Assembly: GCA_020621985.1 (NCBI GenBank) | Contig: JAHRYS010000002.1 | Location: forward strand, 241,730 to 305,729 | Direction of reading: 5' to 3' | Length of the DNA: 64,000 bases | Source of the DNA: Candidatus Ferrigenium altingense | Lineage (GTDB): Bacteria; Pseudomonadota; Gammaproteobacteria; Burkholderiales; Gallionellaceae | Made by a program: the position numbers and the translations under genes | Notes under the pieces: generated by a model | The model's database searches: none | Seen by the model: only the letters and a program-made list of their open reading frames with translations | Told to the model about the DNA's origin: nothing | Shown: in pieces, positions 52,122-61,495 of the stretch | Layout of the letters: the number at the start of each line of letters is the position of its first letter | Position numbering within the stretch: position 1 is the first letter of the stretch

Positions 52122-52506
52122 GTCCATCCGCGCGGCCATCCTGCCGCACCTCAAGGCCGGCGACTGGCTGACGCTGTTGCTCGGCGGCTTGTGCGTGGTG
52201 CTGCTCACGCTCAAGCTGTGGAGCGGCGACCTCGCCGACAGGGCAGTCATCCGCAGCGGCGGGAAGATTTTCCGCGAAGTGCCGCTGTCGCGCGACCAGC
52301 AGATCGAAGTTCCCGGCCCTCTTGGAGTCAGCGTCATCCGCATTCAACAGCGCAAGGCGCGCATCGTCTCCGACCCCAGCCCGAGACAATACTGTGTGCG
52401 CCAGGGTTGGTTGCAACAGGCCGGAGAAATCGCCATCTGCCTGCCCAATCAGGTCAGCGTCGAATTGACCGGCAGCACCAAGAAATATGACAGCCTCAAT
52501 TACTGA
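52108..52506 (+). CDS. NusG domain II-containing (DUF1312-like) protein
   Basis: In-frame GTG at 52108, a TM helix, then SPRQYCV.QGW...ICLPNQV. Confidence 0.8.
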   Translation: MNSHESIRAAILPHLKAGDWLTLLLGGLCVVLLTLKLWSGDLADRAVIRSGGKIFREVPLSRDQQIEVPGPLGVSVIRIQQRKARIVSDPSPRQYCVRQGWLQQAGEIAICLPNQVSVELTGSTKKYDSLNY

Positions 52507-53092
52507 AAACCGGGGAGAAGGGAGAAGGGAGAAGGGAGAAGGGGAAAAGCCATCTTCGATCCTCCTTAACACCACCGCCGAAGACCACCATATCGCGCGC
52601 ATGGCGGCGGTGGCGCTCGGCCTCACGATACTGGAGAACGCCATTCCCTCGCCGCTGCCCGGTGTGAAACCGGGGCTGGCCAACATCGTCACGCTGATCG
52701 TGCTGGCGCGCTACGGCTGGCGCGCGGCGGCATGGGTGACGCTGCTGCGCGTGGTCGCGGGCAGCCTGCTGTTCGGCAGCTTCCTTGCTCCGGGGTTTTT
52801 CCTCAGCCTGTCCGGCGCGGTATGCAGCCTGCTCGTGCTGGCCGTCGCTCGGCACCTGCCGTCGCGCTGGTTCGGCCCGGTCAGCCACAGTATCTACGCC
52901 GCTTTCGCGCATATCGCCGGGCAGATGGGGGTGGTGTACGTCTGGCTGATCCCGCATGCCGGCATCGCCTACCTCATCCCGATCTTCGCCGCCGCCGCCC
53001 TGGTGTTCGGCACGGTGAACGGCCTCATCGCGGCGCGTTTCATGGAAAATAAAACCGACTGTCCGCAGATTACGCAGATTCGCACAGATTAG
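52487..53092 (+). CDS. Gx transporter family (heptaprenyl diphosphate synthase component I-like) membrane protein
   Basis: E..IPSPLPGVKPGLANIVTL, F.LSLSG and AHIAGQ. Confidence 0.85.
   Translation: MTASITENRGEGRREKGEGEKPSSILLNTTAEDHHIARMAAVALGLTILENAIPSPLPGVKPGLANIVTLIVLARYGWRAAAWVTLLRVVAGSLLFGSFLAPGFFLSLSGAVCSLLVLAVARHLPSRWFGPVSHSIYAAFAHIAGQMGVVYVWLIPHAGIAYLIPIFAAAALVFGTVNGLIAARFMENKTDCPQITQIRTD
52513..52540 (+). repeat. (GGGAGAA)4 heptamer tract inside the 5' end of the Gx gene
   Basis: Four exact units followed by GGGGAAA. Confidence 0.9.
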
Positions 53093-53158
53093 AACCTACC
53101 AAATTACCGAGTTCGCTTTTTGGTCTAATCTTGCGTTAATCTGCGTAATCTGCGGACA
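53060..53158. repeat. MITE-like element with (CGCAGATT)-repeat inverted ends
   Basis: TGTCCGCAGATTACGCAGATT...AATCTGCGTAATCTGCGGACA; supplies the last codons and the stop of the Gx gene. Confidence 0.75.
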
Positions 53159-53208
53159 AAAGTCTTTTGCAGGATAATGAGACACTTCGAATAGTGAACA
53201 CTTCACAC

Positions 53209-53811
53209 ATGAAAACCATCACCCTCGCTTTCACCGGCGCCTCCGGCCTGCCCTACGGCGTGCGCCTGCTCGAATGCCTGCTCGCCAGCGGGCAGCGCGT
53301 GCATCTGGTGTACAGCCAAGCCGCGCAGATCGTCGCCAAGCAGGAGCTGGATTTCACGCTGCCGAACCGCCCGCAGGAGGCGGAGCAACTGTTCGCGGAG
53401 CGCTTCGGCAAATTCAGCGGCGAACTAAAGGTATTCGGCATCCAGGACTGGTACGCGCCAATGGCCTCCGGCTCCAACCCCGGCGATGCGATGGTGGTCT
53501 GCCCCTGCACCATGGGCACGCTCGGCAAGATCGCCAGCGGCATCAGCGACGACCTGATCGCCCGCGCCGCCGACGTGATGCTCAAGGAAAAACGCACGCT
53601 GATTTTAGTGCCGCGCGAAATGCCGTTCTCCGCGATCCATCTGGAGAATATGCTCAAGCTCTCCCACGCCGGCGCCGTCATCATGCCGCCCAATCCGGGC
53701 TTCTATCATCATCCGCAGAGCGTGCAGGACATCGTGGATTTCGTGGTGGCGCGGATACTGGATCATCTGGGGGTGCCGCAGGAGTTGATGAAGCCTTGGG
53801 GAAATGATTAG
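53209..53811 (+). CDS. ubiX: Flavin prenyltransferase
   Basis: TGASG..YG, ASGS, PCTMGTL, RAADV.LKEKR and PREMP. Confidence 0.95.
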   Translation: MKTITLAFTGASGLPYGVRLLECLLASGQRVHLVYSQAAQIVAKQELDFTLPNRPQEAEQLFAERFGKFSGELKVFGIQDWYAPMASGSNPGDAMVVCPCTMGTLGKIASGISDDLIARAADVMLKEKRTLILVPREMPFSAIHLENMLKLSHAGAVIMPPNPGFYHHPQSVQDIVDFVVARILDHLGVPQELMKPWGND

Positions 53812-53835
53812 CCGGGAATAGTCCGTCGACTAAGG

Positions 53836-53866
53836 CCGTTCGTGGTGAAGTATCGAACCATGAATG
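53836..53866. repeat. CCGTTCGTG-type short palindrome (second copy at 56095-56126)
   Basis: CCGTTCGTGGTGAAGTATCGAACCATGAATG compared with CCGTTCGTGCTGAGGTATCGAAGCATGAACGG. Confidence 0.65.
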
Positions 53867-53884
53867 ACCGAAAACAAGTCAACA

Positions 53885-54100
53885 CCGCCGGGGGGTAGCC
53901 CGGCAGCTAGTCACTTTCTTTTGCCTCGCCAAAAAGAAAGTAACCCAAGAAAAGCCCCCGGTTTGCTGGCGCTTCGCGGTTCCCTGCGTTACTCGACTGG
54001 TCAGGCGGCTGCGGAACTCGCGCTACGCGCTCAAACAGTCCTCGCCGACACCCCCTGACCAGCCTGCGCTACTCGGCGGCGCTCAGGGGGGTGAAAAGCG
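53885..54100. repeat. About 200-bp multi-hairpin intergenic element
   Basis: GTCACTTTCTTTTG-CCTCGC-CAAAAAGAAAGTAAC hairpin, plus nested GGTCAGG/CCTGACC pairing. Confidence 0.55.
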
Positions 54101-54286
54101 AAATTCAAAAGCAATGGGCTGATGGGTGTTGCCCACCACCCCCCCAAAAAAAATATATAGGCCTTCAAGATCGTTGACTTCTAATCTGAGCACAGAGAAA
54201 CTGCCGCACACATTGATCAGCCCGAAAACTTGGATAGGGCGAGTCTTCAAACCGTTTTACCACTTAATACATCAAGGAATCAGATA

Positions 54287-54919
54287 ATGGAAATTCGTTC
54301 GACGTTGAGTATTTTTCTAACCTGTTTAGTGTTAACAGCTTGTGCTCCTGCAATTTATACGCAAAAGGTCGAAACAAATATTGAACCAATTCGAGATTTA
54401 TCAATTGCAATTTGGATGGGAAGTATTGGTACGCACCAAATTTACGCATCTGAAAAATACCAATATAGAAATCAATTTAAAGCTGCACTGGAAAATCGTT
54501 TCCCAAAAGTTTTCGAGGCGAATGGAATACCGGTAAAGTCAACCATAGTTATGGACGGGGAAATAGTAGCAAAGCCCCCTTCCTCGATGTTGTTAAGTAA
54601 TATAAAAACATCTCATGTGTTAATTCTGAATCCGAAATCAGTATCATTTGAAGCTAGAGCTGGAGTAAAAACTTCCGCAGCAATAGTTCATTTTGATGCA
54701 GATTTGTGGGATGTAAATAAGCGAACCATTGTATGGAAAGCACGACCGTATCTTATCCTGTTAGATAACAAACCCTTATATGGGGCGAATTCTATGGCCG
54801 CACAGCTTCTGAACGGAATGAACAAGGATGGAATCAATAAATTGAAAACGGAGAGCGCAATAGACATTTTTGGCAAACCTATTTCGGGTAAGTTGATATT
54901 TGAGAACGATGATAAGTAG
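54287..54919 (+). CDS. Hypothetical lipoprotein, AT-rich
   Basis: AAGGA RBS and lipobox LTA|C; base composition clearly unlike the neighbouring genes. Confidence 0.75.
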   Translation: MEIRSTLSIFLTCLVLTACAPAIYTQKVETNIEPIRDLSIAIWMGSIGTHQIYASEKYQYRNQFKAALENRFPKVFEANGIPVKSTIVMDGEIVAKPPSSMLLSNIKTSHVLILNPKSVSFEARAGVKTSAAIVHFDADLWDVNKRTIVWKARPYLILLDNKPLYGANSMAAQLLNGMNKDGINKLKTESAIDIFGKPISGKLIFENDDK

Positions 54920-54956
54920 TTATCAATTTGCGAAAGTTTCCCAACTCGCGTAAGGC

Positions 54957-55036
54957 GTAGGGCGTCAATAAGCGTAGCGCATTGCGCCGGATGACAGATA
55001 CATGCGGCGCAATGCCCGTTGGTTATTGCGCCCTAC
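54957..55036. repeat. GTAG REP doublet
   Basis: GTAGGGCGTCAATAAGCGTAGCGCATTGCGCC...GGCGCAATGCCCGTTGGTTATTGCGCCCTAC. Confidence 0.75.
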
Positions 55037-55041
55037 ATTGG

Positions 55042-56094
55042 TTACAAATGGTTCTTCAATAATTCTCCCAACAACGCTCGCACCGGCGTCGGAATCGCCG
55101 CTCGTAACGCCTCCTCCGCATCCAGCCACAAACTGCCGGGCTGCGTGGCCCGCAGTGGTTTGTGCGACAGTTGAATTTTCAGCGGCGTGATGTGCAGCTT
55201 GAAGTGAGTGAAGGTGTGGGTGAATGTCTCCAGTCTTGTTCCATGATTCGCTATCATCCCGCTGCGCAAGAACCAATCCCTGGCCGCCGCCTCATCGTCG
55301 AACTGCGGCGGGCACCATAACCCGCCCCAGATGCCGCTGCCGGGGCGTTTCTCCAGCAGGATGTCGTTGCCGTGCATCAGCAGCAGGAAGATAGCGTGTC
55401 GTTCCGGCACGGCCTTGCGCGGGCGCGGCGTGGGTAGCTCCGTGGTGCGGCCGGTATTGAATGCGACGCAACCGGCCTGCACCGGGCATTCGCCGCATCT
55501 CGGTTTGCGGCGCGTGCAGATCGTCGCGCCCAAGTCCATCAGTGCCTGGGTGTAGGTGGCGACATCGCGTTGCGGCAGCAGCGCCTCGGCTTGTTGCCAC
55601 AGTTGTGCTTCGATTTTCTTTTCTCCGGCCCATCCTGCGACGCCGCAGTAGCGCGCCAGCACGCGCCTGACGTTGCCGTCGAGGATCGCGCGCCGTTCGT
55701 GATAAGCCAGCGCGCAGATCGCGGCGGCGGTGGAGCGGCCGATACCGGGGAGTTCGAGGATGTCTTCGAAGTTGCGCGGGAACTCACCGCGATGTTGTTT
55801 GACGATGATCTGCGCAGTCGCATGCAGGTTGCGGCCTCTGGCGTAGTAGCCGAGGCCGCTCCAGTGCGCGAGCACTTGCTCCTCGGTTGCTGCCGCGAGC
55901 GAGGCGATGGTCGGGAACGACGCGGTGAAGCGCTGGTAATAGGGGAGGACGGTGGCGACCTGCGTCTGTTGCAGCATGATCTCGGACAGCCACACGCGGT
56001 AGGCATCCGTACCCTGCCACGGCAGGTCGTGGCGGCCATGCGTGCGTTGCCATGCAATGAGGCGCGAGGCGAAACTGGACATTTTGTTAGGCAT
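55042..56094 (-). CDS. mutY: A/G-specific adenine glycosylase
   Basis: GRHDLPWQ, WLSEIMLQQTQV, GLGYYAR, LPGIGRSTA, DGNV and the C-X6-C-X2-C-X5-C cluster. The start may be 56082. Confidence 0.97.
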   Translation of the reverse strand: MPNKMSSFASRLIAWQRTHGRHDLPWQGTDAYRVWLSEIMLQQTQVATVLPYYQRFTASFPTIASLAAATEEQVLAHWSGLGYYARGRNLHATAQIIVKQHRGEFPRNFEDILELPGIGRSTAAAICALAYHERRAILDGNVRRVLARYCGVAGWAGEKKIEAQLWQQAEALLPQRDVATYTQALMDLGATICTRRKPRCGECPVQAGCVAFNTGRTTELPTPRPRKAVPERHAIFLLLMHGNDILLEKRPGSGIWGGLWCPPQFDDEAAARDWFLRSGMIANHGTRLETFTHTFTHFKLHITPLKIQLSHKPLRATQPGSLWLDAEEALRAAIPTPVRALLGELLKNHL

Positions 56095-56136
56095 CCGTTC
56101 GTGCTGAGGTATCGAAGCATGAACGGATTTTGTGAA

Positions 56137-58395
56137 TTATCTGAACAGCCCCTTGAGACCACCCTTCAGTTGATCCTGCAAACGGGTTTTTATTTCCTCT
56201 TTTTTCTCTTCGACCTTTTGCTTGGCGGCTTCGCCGGCCATCGCGCCGAAATCGAGCGTGTATTTCAGGTCGGCAAACGGGCCGCTGACGCGCACCGGCA
56301 CGGTGATGCCGCCGACGCTGTTCTTGCCGCCCTGGCCCTCCAGCGTCTTTGCGAGCGTGGCCTTGGCGACGTAATTCATGCTGTCGTTGCCGATGTTGAT
56401 GTCGCCGTTGCCGGTGACGCGCAGCAGCGGCGATTTCAGCGACAGGTCGTCGTTGTGCGCGATGCCGTTGTTCACCTTGAAGCTCGCCTTGAGCTCGCTG
56501 AAATCGGTCTTCTCATCCTTGTTGGCGGATTGTGTTTGCGCGCTTGCGCCACCCTTGCCCAGCATGCCTTGCGCATCGCGCAGCTTCTTGGCGATGTTGA
56601 TGCCCTTGATCGCGCCGTCGGCAAGATTCAGCGACATCGTGCCGTTGAGCGCCTTCTTCATCGCGCTGACGGTGTTGCCCTGCATCGTGAGGTTCATGCC
56701 GACATTACCCCTGCCTTCCAGCGTGTCGAAATTCGCCGCATCCTTGGTCAATGCGGCGACATTCACGCCGCTCAGCGTCTGGTTGACGGCGATGCTCGGT
56801 GTGGCTTGCGCGTTCACGCTGACGCTGCCCTTCATGCTGCCCTGATACAGGTTGGCGGACAGCGGCGCGACGTTCACCTGGCCGTTGCGCGCCTTCACGT
56901 CGAGGCGCACATTGGTGGATTTGACGTTTGCCACTTTCAGCGCGCCGATGCGCAGGCTGCCGTCCAGATTGAGCTTGCGCAGGCCGGACAGGTCGAGCGG
57001 CTGCTCCGGCTCGTTGGCTTTCGGCTGACCGGATTTCGGCTCGTTGGCGGATTTCTTCGGCAGATACAAATCGGCATCGAACTGGTCGACATCCACGTCG
57101 AAACGGATCGCCGGATCGGCGAAACCGTTTACGCCGACCCTGGCCTTGACCTGGCTTTGCAGCAGGCCGCCGGCGAGGTTCGCCTGCGCGGTTTCTTTTT
57201 TGGCATCGACCTGCACGCGCCCCTTCATTTCGCTGCTGATGGATTTGCCCGGCAGCTTGTCGCCGCTGGCATTCACCGCCACGACCAGGTTGCTCAAATC
57301 GAATTGCCGTGCCTGGAAGTTGCCCGACAGCGGCGAGGAAAGCTTCACCTTGAATGCCTGTTCGGGCTGCTTCACATCCAGGTCGAGCGTCAGCGCACTG
57401 CTCTTGAAGGATTGCGCGTTGCCTTCCAGGCTTGGCAACGACAATGCCGCAACGATGTTTCCCGCCGCGCCGTTCAGTTTGGCGTTCAGCATCAGCTTGT
57501 CGCCGGAGAATTTGTCTTTGGTGAGGCTCAATGCGGGCGCATCGAGCGTTATTTCAAAGCTGTCCTTGGCCTTTACGCCCGTTGCATTCAGCGTAAATTT
57601 CTTTGCGCCGAATTCCTGCGTGGCTAAATCTGCGCTGGCATCGCCGCCGGCCTTGATTTTCAGGTTGCTGATGTCCAGAGCCGCACCGCTGGCCTGCAAA
57701 TCGAGCCCTTCCAGACGATATTGCTGTTTGTCCAGATCGAAGGTTAGCGTGGTCTTGAGTTGTGCGGCAATGTCCAGCTTGGGCTGGTTCGCCTGTATGG
57801 CGGCGGACAGATCGATCTTGCTCGGCACGCCGTTGGCGATGCGCCCGGTATGCAGGTTCAAGTCCTTGATCGCATATTGCGCGCCGCTGTCTTCATCGCG
57901 ATAAGTCAGGCTGGTTTTTTCGATGGAGATTGCGGCGATGTCGAACTTGACCGGCTGCTTGCCGTCGGTTTTCTTCTCGGCTGCTTTTTCTTCTTTGGCG
58001 CCGAGCAGGTTGTCGATATTGGTCGTGCCGTCCTTGCGCTTGATCAGGGTGGCCTGCAGGCCGCTCAGCGCTATTTCATTCACCACCGCCTGCCCGGAGA
58101 ACAGCGGCAGCAACGCCAGCGAGACGCGCGCCGAATCGATCGCGGCAAACTGCTTGTCGCTGTTGAATTCGGACAGCGACGCCTTGCCTACGTTGGCGCC
58201 GATGCTGGGGAAGAACGACAGCGTGATCTTGCCGTCGAGGCGCAGGTCGCGCTGTTTGCTGTCCTTCACCGCCTGAATGATCTGGTCCTTGTAATCGTTC
58301 GGATCGAAGGTCGCCGCCACATAGGCCGCGCCCGCCACGGCGATGCCCGCCACCGCACCCGTGCCCAGCAAAACGTACTTGAGGATTTTGTTCAT
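56137..58395 (-). CDS. asmA: AsmA family protein
   Basis: N-terminal TM helix then FDPNDYK, LSFFP.IG, ANLYQG, KTDFSEL and NDDL..KSPLLR; adjacent to mutY. Confidence 0.9.
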   Translation of the reverse strand: MNKILKYVLLGTGAVAGIAVAGAAYVAATFDPNDYKDQIIQAVKDSKQRDLRLDGKITLSFFPSIGANVGKASLSEFNSDKQFAAIDSARVSLALLPLFSGQAVVNEIALSGLQATLIKRKDGTTNIDNLLGAKEEKAAEKKTDGKQPVKFDIAAISIEKTSLTYRDEDSGAQYAIKDLNLHTGRIANGVPSKIDLSAAIQANQPKLDIAAQLKTTLTFDLDKQQYRLEGLDLQASGAALDISNLKIKAGGDASADLATQEFGAKKFTLNATGVKAKDSFEITLDAPALSLTKDKFSGDKLMLNAKLNGAAGNIVAALSLPSLEGNAQSFKSSALTLDLDVKQPEQAFKVKLSSPLSGNFQARQFDLSNLVVAVNASGDKLPGKSISSEMKGRVQVDAKKETAQANLAGGLLQSQVKARVGVNGFADPAIRFDVDVDQFDADLYLPKKSANEPKSGQPKANEPEQPLDLSGLRKLNLDGSLRIGALKVANVKSTNVRLDVKARNGQVNVAPLSANLYQGSMKGSVSVNAQATPSIAVNQTLSGVNVAALTKDAANFDTLEGRGNVGMNLTMQGNTVSAMKKALNGTMSLNLADGAIKGINIAKKLRDAQGMLGKGGASAQTQSANKDEKTDFSELKASFKVNNGIAHNDDLSLKSPLLRVTGNGDINIGNDSMNYVAKATLAKTLEGQGGKNSVGGITVPVRVSGPFADLKYTLDFGAMAGEAAKQKVEEKKEEIKTRLQDQLKGGLKGLFR

Positions 58396-58483
58396 GATCG
58401 CCCCCGCAATGAAAGACAGGGGGTGGATTATAGCGGAGCGCGGGCATCCTGCACGCATGCGCGCAGGATACCCGCGCTCCCGA

Positions 58484-59878
58484 TCAGATTACCTTGGAAT
58501 AGCGCGCGTGTTCGGTGCGCGTGCGCAGGTATTTGTCGAACACCATGCAGATGTTGCGGATCAGCATGCGTCCCTTGGGGGTCACTTCGATCCATTGCGG
58601 GGAGATTTCCAGCAGGCCTTCGTGTTCATATTCGCGCAACTCTTCCATTTCGGTGGCGAAGTACTGGTCGAAGTCGATCAGGTAGGCGATGTTGAACGAC
58701 TCCTTGGAAATCTCGAAATGGCACATCAGCGCCTGGATGATGGCGCGGCGTACCAGGTCGTCGGCGTTCAATTCCAGGCCGCGCATGATGGGCAGTTCAT
58801 CCCTGTTCAGTGCGTCGTAATAGTCTTCCAGTTCGCGGTAGTTCTGGCTGTAGGTCGGGCCGATTTTGCCGATGGCGCTGACGCCGAGCGCGACGAGGTC
58901 GCAGTCGGAATGGGTCGAGTAGCCCTGGAAATTGCGGTGCAGTCGGCCTTGGCGCTGCGCCACGGCAAGCTCGTCTTCCGGCTTGGCGAAGTGATCCATG
59001 CCGATATACACATAGCCTGCACTGGTCAGCTTGTTCACCGCCAGGCTGAGGATGTCCAGCTTTACTTGCGGGGCGGGCAGATCCTCTTCGTGGATGCGCC
59101 GCTGCGGCTTGAAGATGGCCGGCATATGCGCGTAGTTGTAGACGGACAGGCGATCCGGATTGGCGGCAATCACCTTGTCCAGCGTCACGCCGAAGCCTTC
59201 CAGCGTCTGCTTGGGCAGGCCGTAAATCAGGTCGATGCTGACCGACTTGAAACCGTTGGCGCGCGCGGCACGGATGACGCCCAGGGTCTCTTCCTCGCTC
59301 TGGATGCGGTTCACCGCGCGCTGCACCTCGGCATCGAAATCCTGCACGCCGATGCTGATGCGGTTGAAGCCTTCCTTGCCGAGCAGCGCGATGGTCGCGT
59401 CGCTGACCTTGCGCGGGTCGATCTCGATCGAATATTCGCCGTCTTCGACCAGTTTGAAATGCTCGCGTATCGCCGCCATGACTTGGCGAATTTCGTCATC
59501 GCTCATGAAGGTCGGCGTGCCGCCGCCGAAGTGCAGCTGCTCGACAACCTGTCCCGGCCCGAGCAATTTTGCCTGCATCGCCATTTCCTTGATCAGGTAG
59601 CGCACATATTCGGCGGATTGGCTGCGATCCTTGGTGATGACCTTGTTGCAGGCGCAGTAGAAGCACAGCGTGTTGCAGAACGGGATATGGATATACAGCG
59701 ACAGCGGGCGGGCGATGCCGCCGATCTCGCGCTTGGCCACCCATTGACTGTAGCTCTCGGCATTGAAGGCTTCAATAAAACGGTCTGCGGTTGGATACGA
59801 GGTGTAGCGCGGGCCGTTCTTATCCAGCCTGCGTATTAATTCCAAGTCCACTACCAGTTGATTGACTGGTTCATCCAT
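58484..59878 (-). CDS. hemN: Oxygen-independent coproporphyrinogen III oxidase
   Basis: GPRYTSYPTA, HIPFCNTLCFYCAC, GGGTPT and RNFQGY; AGGAGG RBS. Confidence 0.97.
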   Translation of the reverse strand: MDEPVNQLVVDLELIRRLDKNGPRYTSYPTADRFIEAFNAESYSQWVAKREIGGIARPLSLYIHIPFCNTLCFYCACNKVITKDRSQSAEYVRYLIKEMAMQAKLLGPGQVVEQLHFGGGTPTFMSDDEIRQVMAAIREHFKLVEDGEYSIEIDPRKVSDATIALLGKEGFNRISIGVQDFDAEVQRAVNRIQSEEETLGVIRAARANGFKSVSIDLIYGLPKQTLEGFGVTLDKVIAANPDRLSVYNYAHMPAIFKPQRRIHEEDLPAPQVKLDILSLAVNKLTSAGYVYIGMDHFAKPEDELAVAQRQGRLHRNFQGYSTHSDCDLVALGVSAIGKIGPTYSQNYRELEDYYDALNRDELPIMRGLELNADDLVRRAIIQALMCHFEISKESFNIAYLIDFDQYFATEMEELREYEHEGLLEISPQWIEVTPKGRMLIRNICMVFDKYLRTRTEHARYSKVI

Positions 59879-59932
59879 AAAATACCTCCTGTGAACATTA
59901 TACATTATGCATGTTAGCCAACCCTGACCGGT

Positions 59933-59946
59933 TTGATATATGTCAA
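59933..59946. promoter_or_regulatory. FNR box between the divergent hemN and fnr genes
   Basis: TTGAT-ATAT-GTCAA, with a CATAAT -10 element on the minus strand at class II spacing for hemN. Confidence 0.85.
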
Positions 59947-60033
59947 AATTCATGCCATATTCGGCAGTCGGGAAGTGGCTAGTGCGAAACTCGCTCGTTC
60001 TTCACCACTTCCCACTTTCCAAGGGTAAGCGTC

Positions 60034-60759
60034 ATGCAACAATCTGTTTCGTCCTTTCGTCGCAAAGCAGTCTGCTCCAATTGCAGGCTGCGCGAGCTGT
60101 GCCTGCCAGTCGGCCTGAGTGCCGGCGAAATGCAGCGGGTGGACGATATCAGCCACCTCAAGCGCGGTTATGCGCGCGGCGATTACCTTTATCGCAGCAA
60201 CGACAAATTTCAGTCGTTGTACGCCATTCGCAAAGGTTCGTTCAAAACCCAAGTGCTGCACGAGGATGGGCGCGAGCAAGTGACGGGCTTCCAGATGACC
60301 GGTGAAATCATCGGCTTGGATGCGATCTGCACCGACCACCACACCTGCGATGCGGTGGCGATGGAAAGCAGCGAGGTATGCGAGCTGCCGTTCAACAAGC
60401 TGGAGGCGTTGAGCCGCGAATTGCCCAGCCTGCAACGCCACCTGCACAAGATCATGAGCCGCGAAATTGTGCGCGACCAGGGCATCATGTTGCTGCTCGG
60501 ATCGATGCGCGCCGAAGAACGCCTGGCCGCCTTTCTGCTCAACCTGTCACAGCGCCTTGCGGCGCGCGGCTTGTCGCCTACCCAATTCCAGTTGCGCATG
60601 TCGCGCCAGGAAATCGGCAGCTATCTGGGGTTAAAGCTGGAAACCGTCAGCCGCGCGTTTTCGAATTTTCAGGATAATGGCTTGATTAACGTCAGGGCGC
60701 GCGCGGTAGAACTGCTTGATTTGCCCGCCTTGCACGCATTGGTCGGGAAGCAGCAGTAA
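60034..60759 (+). CDS. fnr: Anaerobic regulator Fnr
   Basis: CSNCRLRELCLP, EVCEL and MSRQEIGSYLGLKLETVSR; divergent from hemN. Confidence 0.93.
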   Translation: MQQSVSSFRRKAVCSNCRLRELCLPVGLSAGEMQRVDDISHLKRGYARGDYLYRSNDKFQSLYAIRKGSFKTQVLHEDGREQVTGFQMTGEIIGLDAICTDHHTCDAVAMESSEVCELPFNKLEALSRELPSLQRHLHKIMSREIVRDQGIMLLLGSMRAEERLAAFLLNLSQRLAARGLSPTQFQLRMSRQEIGSYLGLKLETVSRAFSNFQDNGLINVRARAVELLDLPALHALVGKQQ

Positions 60760-60956
60760 TTCCAACTCCATTTCATCGGTGAAACTGCGTTGGCTTCCTC
60801 GCTTACTCCTGGCCGTGCTGCCAGCACTGTAGCTGCCGCCGTCCTCTCGGACTTAACTTCGCAGGCGAAGTTAGCGTACGCTGAAACATTCGTTTTCTGC
60901 GTCGCTCGTTCGTCGCCGCCTTGTTTGACCTTCGAAATAGAATTGGAATAAGAACC

Positions 60957-61472
60957 ATGCATCAACAGTTCAACATTTCGCCAGAAGAAGGCAAGCGCGC
61001 CAAGTGGCCGCATGAAATTTTCCTGATCAACCTGATCTTCAACCATATCTTTCTGTTTTGCGCGACGGTCGCGGTGTTCGGCACCTTCCCGTTGCTAACG
61101 GCGCTGGTGCCGGCTATTTCGTTTGCCATCATCGGCTATATTCTTATCAAGGCCAGGCGGGTAGCGGCCAGCGACGAGTCATGGTTCGTCAAGGCGCACT
61201 GGCAAATCGGCGCCAGGCGCAACCGCCTTTTTATGCTGCTGCTGACAGTCACCTGCATTGTTTCCGGTGGCGGTCTATGGCTATCCAAAATGTTCGGTTG
61301 GGCCAAGATACCTACCATCGCCCTGATTGCGGGGGTGGGGCTGTTGCCGTTCATGGTTGCGCTTCTGGTGTTAATCGTGCTCGGCAACGAATCGGTATTC
61401 ATGGCCCGCAACGGCAAGCTGCCTAAACGCTTTCTGGAGCAAAATCCGGACATGCAAGCCGCCGCACAATAA
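60957..61472 (+). CDS. Conserved-looking four-TM hypothetical membrane protein
   Basis: PHEIFLINLIFNH and FVKAHW; hydrophobic helices. Confidence 0.75.
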   Translation: MHQQFNISPEEGKRAKWPHEIFLINLIFNHIFLFCATVAVFGTFPLLTALVPAISFAIIGYILIKARRVAASDESWFVKAHWQIGARRNRLFMLLLTVTCIVSGGGLWLSKMFGWAKIPTIALIAGVGLLPFMVALLVLIVLGNESVFMARNGKLPKRFLEQNPDMQAAAQ

Positions 61473-61495
61473 TTCTATTCCGCTCAAAAACGCCT

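Noticed and set aside
52118-52171. Apparent frameshift in the NusG-II gene (ATG at 52118 is out of frame)
   Set aside because: An in-frame GTG at 52108 gives an intact ORF.
54287-54919. AT-rich lipoprotein gene (and the GmrSD-like gene) as integron cassettes
   Set aside because: No RYYYAAC...GTTRRRY attC structure follows either stop codon.
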